Part shown: positions 31,828-39,861 of the stretch, in pieces | How the letters are laid out: every line of letters begins with the position of its first letter | How positions within the stretch are numbered: position 1 is the first letter of the stretch | Source: Limnohabitans sp. | GTDB taxonomy: Bacteria; Pseudomonadota; Gammaproteobacteria; Burkholderiales; Burkholderiaceae_C | NCBI GenBank assembly: GCA_009693305.1 | Contig: SHXN01000001.1 | Location: 1 to 39,861 of the forward strand | Length of the DNA stretch: 39,861 bases | Direction of reading: 5' to 3' | The notes under the pieces: generated by a model | What the model saw: the letters and a program-made list of their open reading frames with translations, nothing else | Database searches by the model: none | Told to the model about the DNA's origin: nothing | Translations under genes and position numbers: made by a program

Positions 31828-32886
31828 TCAGCCGTGTTGCGTCCACAAAGCCATTGATACAAAGGCCCCGACAACAACAATACAGCCACCAATCTGGACA
31901 CTTGAAACACCGTCACGATCGGCGCACCGAGTTGCAATACTTTTGCTGTGATGGCCATTTCAGCGATACCACCTGGAGCACTGACCAATATCAATGTTGC
32001 AAATGGCAAATGCGTAATCTATAGCAAGATATACGAAAATAAAATACACAAAACAATCATCCCAACCGTTCCAATCGCCACACTGAATAGCCAACGCGGC
32101 GCCGACTTGATAAATTGCCGATTGAAACGAACACCCAAGCTCACACCAATCAACAGTTGAGCAATATTGGTTGCTTCGCTGGGTAATGCTGTTAAATGAA
32201 GATCCATCATGGTCACGCTCATCGATACCAACATCGCACCCATAAACCAAGGATTTGCGCGCTTGAGTTTCATCATCACAAAAATGCCGATTGCAGTAAG
32301 AAGCGCCAGTACACCCATTCCCCACAGCGAGATTTCTCGCACAACATGCGGTGTGATGTGAATCTGTCCAAAATTAGCCCACTGAATACCAAATGGAATC
32401 ACCAAGGTCACAATCAATAAACACATGCTATGCGCAGAAGCAACCAAATTAGTAACTGCATTTTCTCGCTCAGACAGCAAAGTCATCTCCAATGCGCCAC
32501 CAATCGGTCCTGAAAAATAAGAAGTGGCTCGGTTGAACTTGGTCATATGCGGTGCATTAAAAAAATGCAGCCATACACCAAAAAAATATCCTAACAACAA
32601 AGTCCAAGTGATTGATAAAGCAATCACCCACCAAGCGGAAATTAAAAGATGCACAACCGCAGGTGTGAAATACAAACCCAACGCAATGCCGATGATCCAT
32701 TGACCGATATTGCGCAATGGGTCCCAACTGTGGGTGGGTAAACCCAACATGGATGCCCATGCAATGCTGGTTAATGGACCCAACATCCAAGGCAAAGGCG
32801 CGTGCATTTGAATAAATAACAATGCAGCAACCCAAGCCAAAGCCAGTGTGCCTATTTTTTTCTGTTGCGTTTCGAAAATAACTCAT
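31824..32886 (-). pseudogene. AbrB-family (AidB regulator / 'ammonia monooxygenase'-like) membrane protein, disrupted
   Basis: PLPWMLGP, GQWIIG.ALGLYFTP, GG..EM and APGGIAEMAITA motifs. An in-frame TAG at 32021-32019 separates two same-frame ORFs. A probable +1 A in the run at 32855-32861 detaches ATG 32886. The repaired length is 353 aa. Confidence 0.82.
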
Positions 32887-32937
32887 ACAAAAGGTTTGCT
32901 TGTGGGCAAACCACAAAATTAAAAAAAGGCGAATGAG

Positions 32938-34272
32938 TTAGGCGTGTTGTTGAATGGACGATGCCAGCGTGCTGACCATTTGGTCGATGTGATTATTTTC
33001 GACGATATAAGGCGGCGCAAAAACCAACGTGTCACCTGCGGCTCTCACCAATACGCCTTTGTTAAAACAATCGAGAAAGATTTGATACGCGCGTTTGCCA
33101 GGTGTACCCTCAATGGGTGACAAATCAGCGGCTGCGGCCAAGCCTAAGCTTCGAATGCCGACAACATGAGGCAAACCTTTGAGCATGCTGTGCATCGCGT
33201 CGCCCAAAACAGGGCCCATTTGTGCCGCGCGTTTGAATAAATCTTCTTGTTTAAACAAATCAAGCGTCGCAATCGCTGCGGCGCATGCAACAGGATGGCC
33301 TGAATAGGTATAGCCATGAAAAAATTCAATCGTGTGTTCGGGTGAATCGTTGTTCATCAATGTGTCGTATAAAAAATCTCGACAAATCACACCGCCTAAT
33401 GGAATCACACCATTGGTGACGCATTTTGCAAAATTGAGCATGTCTGGCACGACACCATAAAAATCGGCGGCAAAGTTTGTCCCCATGCGACCAAAGCCTG
33501 TGATGACTTCATCAAAAATCAACAAGATGTCGTGCTTATCGCAAATCTGTCTGAGGCGTTGCAAATAGCCTTTGGGCGGCAAATACCATCCCGCACTGCC
33601 AGCCACAGGTTCGACCATGATGGCGGCCACATTGCTAGGGTCGTGCAATGGAAGAATTCGATTCTCCAACTCAAGCAATAAATCTTCGCTCCATTGCGGC
33701 TCAACTCCATGAATATAAGCATGATTGATGGGGTCATGAATAAAACGCAAGTGATCCACACGCGGTAACAGTGCTGTACCAAAAGCCTTACGATTGGCGG
33801 GAATACCTCCCACACTCATCCCGCCAAAACCCACGCCGTGATAGCCTCGCTCACGACCAATAAAAACATTGCGGTGTCCTTGACCTCGCGCACGGTGATA
33901 AGCCAAGGCCACTTTTAATGATGTGTCAGCGGCCTCAGATCCCGAATTGCAAAATAAAACTTTATTCAATTCGCCTGGCGCCATTGAAGCTATGACTGCG
34001 GCGGCATCAAACGCTTGGTCATTGCTGATTTGAAAAGCGGTGGAGTAATCCAATGTATCGAGTTGTTTTTTGATCGCCTCATTGATGGGCGCGCGGTTGT
34101 GTCCCGCACCCACGCACCACAAACTAGAAATTCCATCCAACACGGTTTTACCGTCCAGCGTAGTGAAATGCATACCGTTGGCTTTTACAAAAACCCGTGG
34201 CTTCTTGCGAAAATGGCGATTGGGCGTAAAAGGCAACCATTGGTTTTCCATTTGTAGCGGCATTTTTGCCAT
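32938..34272 (-). CDS. Class-III PLP aminotransferase (omega-amino acid:pyruvate type)
   Basis: WLPFT.NR.F, SSLWC..AGH, NSGSEA, GYHGVGFGG, IFDEVITGFGR, FAK (PLP Lys), FHGYTYSGHP; GAGGAG SD before ATG 34272. Confidence 0.92.
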   Translation of the reverse strand: MAKMPLQMENQWLPFTPNRHFRKKPRVFVKANGMHFTTLDGKTVLDGISSLWCVGAGHNRAPINEAIKKQLDTLDYSTAFQISNDQAFDAAAVIASMAPGELNKVLFCNSGSEAADTSLKVALAYHRARGQGHRNVFIGRERGYHGVGFGGMSVGGIPANRKAFGTALLPRVDHLRFIHDPINHAYIHGVEPQWSEDLLLELENRILPLHDPSNVAAIMVEPVAGSAGWYLPPKGYLQRLRQICDKHDILLIFDEVITGFGRMGTNFAADFYGVVPDMLNFAKCVTNGVIPLGGVICRDFLYDTLMNNDSPEHTIEFFHGYTYSGHPVACAAAIATLDLFKQEDLFKRAAQMGPVLGDAMHSMLKGLPHVVGIRSLGLAAAADLSPIEGTPGKRAYQIFLDCFNKGVLVRAAGDTLVFAPPYIVENNHIDQMVSTLASSIQQHA

Positions 34273-34387
34273 GGCAATCTCCTCAATCTGTGAAGACGCT
34301 AGTTTAGATGAGACGCTCGGTGGGCGTATCACCCAAGAGATAGCCGCCCCAAAACAAGTGAATTGGAGTCCTGCGACAATCTGCGAT

Positions 34388-35232
34388 ATGAAGAACACAT
34401 ACATCCTCACCCTCTCCTACCCCGATCGTCCAGGTATTATTCATGCCGTATCTGGATTTTTATTTGAACGCACTGGCAATATCGAAGAAGCCAAAGAATT
34501 TAACGATGCGGGCACGGGCTTGTTTTTTACGCGAGTTCAATTTTCAATTGAAATGGATGAAAAACTTTGCGCGATCAATTCCCCAGTCTTGTAAAAAAAT
34601 TCGACATGCATTGCCAATTGCATTCCAACAATCAACCTTCACGCACGGTTTTGATGGTCAGCAAAGAAGGCCATTGCACCAACGATTTGTTGTTCCGTTG
34701 GAAATCTGGTTTGTTACATATGGATATACGCACCATCATCAGCAATCACCGCGAATTTTATCAACTCGCCGCCAGCTATAACGTGCCCTTTCATCACATC
34801 GCAGTTACGGCCGCCACCAAAGAAGAATCTGAAAAAAAACAATTAGACATTATTGAAACCGAAGGCACCGAGTTGGTTGTGTTGGCCCGGTACATACGAA
34901 TTTTGTCCAACAACATTTGTCATCGCTTAGCGGGTCGCGCTATCAATATTCATCACAGTTTTTTGCCCAGCTTCAAAGGCGCCAAGCCTTACTATCAAGC
35001 GCACGATCGAGGCGTCAAACTGATTGGTGCGACGGTCCACTATGTCACGGCAGATTTAAACGAAGGCCCCATCATTGAGCAGGACGTTGCGCGCGTTGAC
35101 CACAGCCTCACTGTTGAAGACCTCACCGCATTGGGACGCGACACCGAAAGCCAAGTGTTGGCTCGTGCGGTAAAATGGCTTTACGAACATCGCATTCTTG
35201 TCAATGGACATAAAACAGTTGTGTTTAAATAA
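34388..35232 (+). pseudogene. purU: Formyltetrahydrofolate deformylase, frameshifted and degenerate
   Basis: ACT domain MKNTYILTLS.PDRPGI (ATG 34388) is in a different frame from the catalytic domain (INIHHSFLPSFKGAKPY). One A is missing at 34560-34564; the repaired length is 281 aa. Confidence 0.9.
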
Positions 35233-35246
35233 TTTTTGATTCAATC

Positions 35247-36731
35247 ATGAATACCATTTCAAAACCTGAAAAAATTCAAACATCTTCAACTGTGATTGAC
35301 GCATTGATCAACGCATTGCCCGCTCATGCGGTTTTAAGTCGTCAAGAAGATACCGTTCCCTACGAATGTGATGGTCTCACTGCTTATCGACAACGACCCA
35401 TGTGTGTCGTTCTTCCCGAAACAACCGCGCAAGTTCAACAGGTTTTACAAATTTGTTATCGACTCGGCGTGCCCGTTGTTGCCAGAGGCGCTGGAACAGG
35501 TTTGTCAGGTGGGGCCATGCCCCATTCTCAAGGCGTCACCTTGTCATTGGCCAAATTCAATCGTATCCTCCAAATGGATGCTCACTCACGCACAGCGGTG
35601 GTTCAATGCGGCGTGCGCAATTTGGCAATCAGTGAAGCAGCATCTTCTTTAGGTTTGTATTACGCACCCGATCCATCCAGTCAAATTGCTTGCACCATTG
35701 GCGGCAATGTGGCGGAAAATTCTGGCGGCGTTCACTGTCTCAAATATGGATTAACACTGCACAACGTTCTCAAAATTTCTGGCTTCACCATTGAAGGTGA
35801 GCCCATCGAATTTGGCGGGGACGCGCTTGACGCGCCGGGCTTGGATTTATTGCCGTTGGTTGTTGGCTCCGAAGGCATGCTGGCCATCACCACCGAAGTC
35901 ACAGTCAAACTCACGCCCAAGCCGCAACTCGCACGTTGCATCATGGCCAGTTTTGATGATCTGCAAAAAGTAGGCGACGCAGTGGCACAAGTAATTGCAT
36001 CAGGCATTATTCCTGCGGGTCTTGAAATGATGGACAAGCCCATGACAGCGGCGGTTGAAGATTTTGTACACGCGGGTTACGACCTTACTGCACAAGCGAT
36101 TTTGTTATGCGAATCCGATGGCACCCCCGAAGAAGTTGAAGAAGAAATTGGCCGAATGATTGCTGTGTTGCGTCAAAGCGGTGCCACCGCCATCGCAGTA
36201 AGCAACAGCGAAGCCGAGCGACTTAAATTTTGGAGTGGCAGAAAAAATGCATTTCCTGCCAGTGGACGCATGAGCCCCGACTACATGTGCATGGACTCGA
36301 CGATTCCTCGCAAACGATTGGCTGATATCTTGCTCGCTATTGCCGAGATGGGGAAAAAATACCAACTGCGTTGCGCCAATGTTTTTCATGCGGGTGATGG
36401 TAATTTGCATCCACTGATATTGTTTGATGCCAATGACCCCGATCAACTGCATCGCGCCGAATTATTTGGCGCCGATATTTTAGAAACCAGCGTGGTGATG
36501 GGCGGCACGGTCACGGGTGAACACGGCGTGGGTATTGAAAAACTCAACAGCATGTGCGTGCAGTTTTCTGAACACGAAAACGAGCAAATGTTTGCCATTA
36601 AACGCGCGTTTGATTGCAAGGGCTTGCTCAATCCAGGTAAGGTGATTCCCACCCTTCAACGCTGTGCAGAATACGGCAAGATGTTGGTGCGCGGTGGGCA
36701 AATATCTCACCCCAACATCGAGCGTTTTTAA
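35247..36731 (+). CDS. glcD: Glycolate oxidase FAD subunit
   Basis: YECDGLTAYR, ARGAGTGLSGG, YAPDPSSQIACTIGGN, GGVHCLKYG, HAGDGNLHP, GEHGVG.EK, LLNPGK. Confidence 0.9.
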   Translation: MNTISKPEKIQTSSTVIDALINALPAHAVLSRQEDTVPYECDGLTAYRQRPMCVVLPETTAQVQQVLQICYRLGVPVVARGAGTGLSGGAMPHSQGVTLSLAKFNRILQMDAHSRTAVVQCGVRNLAISEAASSLGLYYAPDPSSQIACTIGGNVAENSGGVHCLKYGLTLHNVLKISGFTIEGEPIEFGGDALDAPGLDLLPLVVGSEGMLAITTEVTVKLTPKPQLARCIMASFDDLQKVGDAVAQVIASGIIPAGLEMMDKPMTAAVEDFVHAGYDLTAQAILLCESDGTPEEVEEEIGRMIAVLRQSGATAIAVSNSEAERLKFWSGRKNAFPASGRMSPDYMCMDSTIPRKRLADILLAIAEMGKKYQLRCANVFHAGDGNLHPLILFDANDPDQLHRAELFGADILETSVVMGGTVTGEHGVGIEKLNSMCVQFSEHENEQMFAIKRAFDCKGLLNPGKVIPTLQRCAEYGKMLVRGGQISHPNIERF

Positions 36732-37429
36732 ACAGCGTCTCTTTGGCCAAATAAAGCAGTGCCGACGCGCACCATGGTCGCACCTGCATGAATCGCCGCT
36801 TCTAAATCTGCGGTCATGCCCATCGACAAAGTATCAAACGCTTCGAGATACAACTGCGATTTCAATTCATCAAATAATTTTTTGGTTTGTTGATGCAGTT
36901 GCAATTGCAATTCAAAGGTGACTGCGGGCTCGGGTATGGTCATCAAACCTCGCAATTGAAGTTGTGGCAATTGCATCACCGCTTGTGCCAACGCTAAAAC
37001 CTCATCTGGGGCAACGCCTGATTTGGTTGCACCACCATCAACATTGACTTGTAAACATACTTGCAACGGCTGAAGACCTGAGGGGCGTTGCTCGCTTAAG
37101 CGTTGCGCAATTTTGAGACGATCGATGCTGTGCACCCAATCAAAATTTTCTGCCGCCAGTTTTGTTTTATTGCTTTGAATGGGTCCAATGCAATGCCACA
37201 CCAACAATGAATTTGTATGTTTGAGCGTGACAATTTTTTCGACGCCTTCTTGTATGTAGTTTTCTCCAAAATCAATTTGCCCACCTTGCGCAATAGTTTG
37301 AACATCGAGCGCAGGAAATGTTTTGGAGACAGCGAGCAAGCGGACCGCCTCTGCTGGCCGACCGCAATCGCGGGCTGCCACAGCAACACGTTGGCGCACC
37401 GCCTCTAAATTGGATAGTAAAGATTGCAT
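36728..37429 (-). CDS. yggS: PLP homeostasis protein (YggS/PLPBP)
   Basis: LLAVSKT, FGENYIQE, WHCIGPIQSNK, LRGLMTIP, LSMGMT.D, VRVGTALFG. Confidence 0.95.
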   Translation of the reverse strand: MQSLLSNLEAVRQRVAVAARDCGRPAEAVRLLAVSKTFPALDVQTIAQGGQIDFGENYIQEGVEKIVTLKHTNSLLVWHCIGPIQSNKTKLAAENFDWVHSIDRLKIAQRLSEQRPSGLQPLQVCLQVNVDGGATKSGVAPDEVLALAQAVMQLPQLQLRGLMTIPEPAVTFELQLQLHQQTKKLFDELKSQLYLEAFDTLSMGMTADLEAAIHAGATMVRVGTALFGQRDAV

Positions 37430-37559
37430 GATCTCGACACTGTACACAAAATGCGCGCGATTCCGACTTCTATTTCAGGTCTTTTGAAGCGCGCGACAAG
37501 CATTTGACGCTTTTCACAATTATGATTCTGTTTTTATCATCACACAGACTGCCGACACC

Positions 37560-38474
37560 ATGTCACGCACCAAGCCCAAAATCTACGAATCCAACACCCC
37601 CACTAACGTCGCCTTTATTGGATTGGGCGTGATGGGCTACCCCATAGCCGGTCACTTGGCTTTAGCGGGTCATTCGGTCACTGTTTACAACCGCAATTCA
37701 GCCAAGGCCAAAGAGTGGTGTGCCGAATTTGCAAGCACAAGTAAGCCCCGCTCAGAGCCCACGCCCAAACAGGCCGCGAGTCAAGCCGATATTGTTTTTT
37801 GCTGCGTCGGAAATGACGACGATTTGCGATCGCTTATTTTTGGACCCGACGGCGCTCTTGCAGGCTTGAAAGCGGGCGCAACTTTGGTTGATCACACCAC
37901 TGCATCGGCCAATGTCGCTCGCGAAATTTACCAAGCCGCCAAAAAAGCAGGCATTCACTTCATTGATGCACCCGTGTCGGGTGGCGAAGCAGGCGCACAA
38001 AATGGTTTGCTCACCGTGATGTGTGGCGGCGACGCGCCCGTGTTTGAAAAAGTCAAACCCATTGCAATGGCGTTTTCACGCGCATTCACACTCATGGGTG
38101 AATCAGGCGCTGGTCAACTCACCAAAATGGTCAACCAAATTTGTATTGCGGGATTGGTGCAAGGCTTGAGCGAAGGCATTGCATTTGGCATGCAAGCAGG
38201 GCTCGACGTTAATTTGGTTTTAGACGTGATTGGCAAAGGCGCTGCACAAAGCTGGCAGATGGACAACCGCGGCAAAACCATGGTGGCCGATCAATTTAAT
38301 TTTGGTTTTGCAGTGGATTGGATGCGCAAAGACTTGGGCTTGGTGATGGACGAGGCCAAGCGCAGTGGTGCACGCTTACCCGTTACCGCATTGGTCGATC
38401 AGTTTTATGCCGACGTACAAAAATTGGGAGGCAATCGATGGGATACATCCAGCCTCATTAAACGACTGCGTTAA
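37560..38474 (+). CDS. NAD(P)-dependent beta-hydroxyacid dehydrogenase (3-hydroxyisobutyrate / tartronate-semialdehyde reductase family)
   Basis: FIGLGVMG, DAPVSGG, GAGQLTKMVNQ, F...WMRKDL. Confidence 0.9.
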   Translation: MSRTKPKIYESNTPTNVAFIGLGVMGYPIAGHLALAGHSVTVYNRNSAKAKEWCAEFASTSKPRSEPTPKQAASQADIVFCCVGNDDDLRSLIFGPDGALAGLKAGATLVDHTTASANVAREIYQAAKKAGIHFIDAPVSGGEAGAQNGLLTVMCGGDAPVFEKVKPIAMAFSRAFTLMGESGAGQLTKMVNQICIAGLVQGLSEGIAFGMQAGLDVNLVLDVIGKGAAQSWQMDNRGKTMVADQFNFGFAVDWMRKDLGLVMDEAKRSGARLPVTALVDQFYADVQKLGGNRWDTSSLIKRLR

Positions 38475-38484
38475 TTAACGAAAA

Positions 38485-39132
38485 TTATTTTTTGTCTTTA
38501 GCATCTTGCGATGCGTCTGGCTTGGGTTGCGAGGGCAACATACTGCGCAACTCTTCTTCAGAGATGATTTCAAAAACTCGAACCACGCGCGCGACACCGC
38601 CAATGGTTCGAGTCATGCCGGTGACGCTGGTGGCCTCTCGCTGAGTCACACGTCCCATCAAATAAACATTGCTTCTTTCGACGATGACTTTGAAAGAGTT
38701 TGCAAATAAATCTTTGCTATCAACAAGAGACGCAATGACCTTGCCTTTGATCAAAGCGTCTTTGGATCTTTCATGCAGCGATGAAGACGGTTGAATGGCC
38801 AGTTCGTTTAAAACCGATTTGACATTTTCAATGCGCTCTGCAATTTGAACGGCGGCTGCGCGATCTTTTTCGGTGGCCACTTCGCCAGTGAGCAACACTT
38901 GACGGTTGTAACTGTTGACAGAAATATTGGCTCGCTCTCCAAACTGCGCGCGCATTCTAGAGTTGCCACGAAGCTCAATGCCTTCGTCTTCAACAATCGC
39001 ACCTGATGTTCGGCGATCGGTGGCCACCATCACAGTGCCCATCATGGAGCCAAACATAAGAGGGGCACATGCACTCATCAAACTTGACGCTAAAACCACA
39101 CTTAAACCTAAAAATACTGAACGACTTTTCAT
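38485..39132 (-). CDS. Dual-BON domain lipoprotein (DolP/YraP-like)
   Basis: Lipobox MSAC after a hydrophobic signal; DRRTSG, SYNRQVLLTGEV, VYLMGRVT; overlaps the SIS gene. Confidence 0.88.
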   Translation of the reverse strand: MKSRSVFLGLSVVLASSLMSACAPLMFGSMMGTVMVATDRRTSGAIVEDEGIELRGNSRMRAQFGERANISVNSYNRQVLLTGEVATEKDRAAAVQIAERIENVKSVLNELAIQPSSSLHERSKDALIKGKVIASLVDSKDLFANSFKVIVERSNVYLMGRVTQREATSVTGMTRTIGGVARVVRVFEIISEEELRSMLPSQPKPDASQDAKDKK

Positions 39133-39728
39133 AATGGGCCTTCTTGTTCACCTAACAATTGACTATCAACACCGTCGCACAAACAATGGACGACCAGCAC
39201 ATGAACCTCTTTGATGCGTGCACTGCGCTCATGCGGTACACAAATATGCACATCGGTTTCGCGCAACATACCCGCTATTTTGCCACCACCATTGCCTGTT
39301 AAACACACCACCGTCATGTCTCTTTCATGGGCGGCGTCGATAGCGCGCATTACATTGACAGCATTGCCGTCATTGGAGATGGCTAAAAGCATATCGCCAC
39401 CTTGCCCCAAGGCTCTCACCTGTTTACTAAAGACATACTCAAAATCAAAGTCATGGGCCACCGCTGTTAAAAGAGCGCTGTCAGCGTTAAGCGCAATAGC
39501 GGCCAATTCGGGGCGATCTCTTTCAAATCGGCCGACAAATTGCGTTGCAAAATTTTGCGCCTCGGTGGCTGAACCGCCGTTTCCACAAGCCAAAACTTTG
39601 CCGCCACTGGTGACGCTGGCCAAAATGGCTTGAACAGCTTGAGCAATTGGCTTACTCAAGGATTGAGCCGATTGGTATTTGAGATCTGCACTGTCGATAA
39701 AGTGCTGTTCGATTTGTTGCTCTAGCAT
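39129..39728 (-). CDS. SIS-domain protein of the GmhA/DiaA family, probably DiaA-like and non-catalytic
   Basis: KVLACGNGGSA, RFERDRP.L.AIAL, FSKQVRALG, ARI.EVH; yraO-yraP-like synteny; most GmhA metal ligands are altered. Confidence 0.85.
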   Translation of the reverse strand: MLEQQIEQHFIDSADLKYQSAQSLSKPIAQAVQAILASVTSGGKVLACGNGGSATEAQNFATQFVGRFERDRPELAAIALNADSALLTAVAHDFDFEYVFSKQVRALGQGGDMLLAISNDGNAVNVMRAIDAAHERDMTVVCLTGNGGGKIAGMLRETDVHICVPHERSARIKEVHVLVVHCLCDGVDSQLLGEQEGPL

Positions 39729-39861
39729 GCCTGCATGATAACTCCAATTATAGAGAGGACGCCTTAACAGGCTGCTGAAATATTGGTCGATAAATCAGTT
39801 TGCATTACCTGGTTGATCTTTTTTACTGAGGTAAATTGCACATTCTGAAATTCACGCCCTT

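Noticed and set aside
27169-34410. N-terminal extensions in the ORF track for otnK (27273), DUF3108 (30721) and the aminotransferase (34410)
   Set aside because: They overlap neighbouring genes or promoter space; downstream starts fit family N-termini and SD positions better.

Overview
Core-genome window of a Comamonadaceae-like betaproteobacterium (Limnohabitans-like, judged from RpoA/S11/L18 N-termini and gene neighbourhoods). It contains the 3' part of an anthranilate/salicylate-CoA catabolic cluster, an alpha/beta hydrolase, tRNA-fMet, the complete spc+alpha ribosomal block (rplN to rplQ, with secY, infA, rpmJ, rpoA), glpD/glpK, proC, a small Lys-rich secreted protein, ubiA-oxyR-recG, queA-tgt, otnK, FIST, phaM, tonB, an FAH-family gene, DUF3108, abrB, an omega-aminotransferase, purU, glcD, yggS, a beta-hydroxyacid dehydrogenase, a BON lipoprotein and a SIS (GmhA/DiaA) gene. 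I see no mobile element, CRISPR array or clearly new gene system. The main signal is gene decay in an already very compact genome. Three genes are broken (purU, abrB, phaM). The operonic infA has GGG where its start codon should be, in frame behind the secY amber stop. Many otherwise intact genes carry mostly GC-to-AT substitutions at normally conserved or catalytic residues, and several usual operon partners are missing. This is what early genome erosion in a recently host-restricted symbiont looks like, but assembly error must be excluded. Consensus-motif comparisons are from my recollection of the families, not from an alignment.
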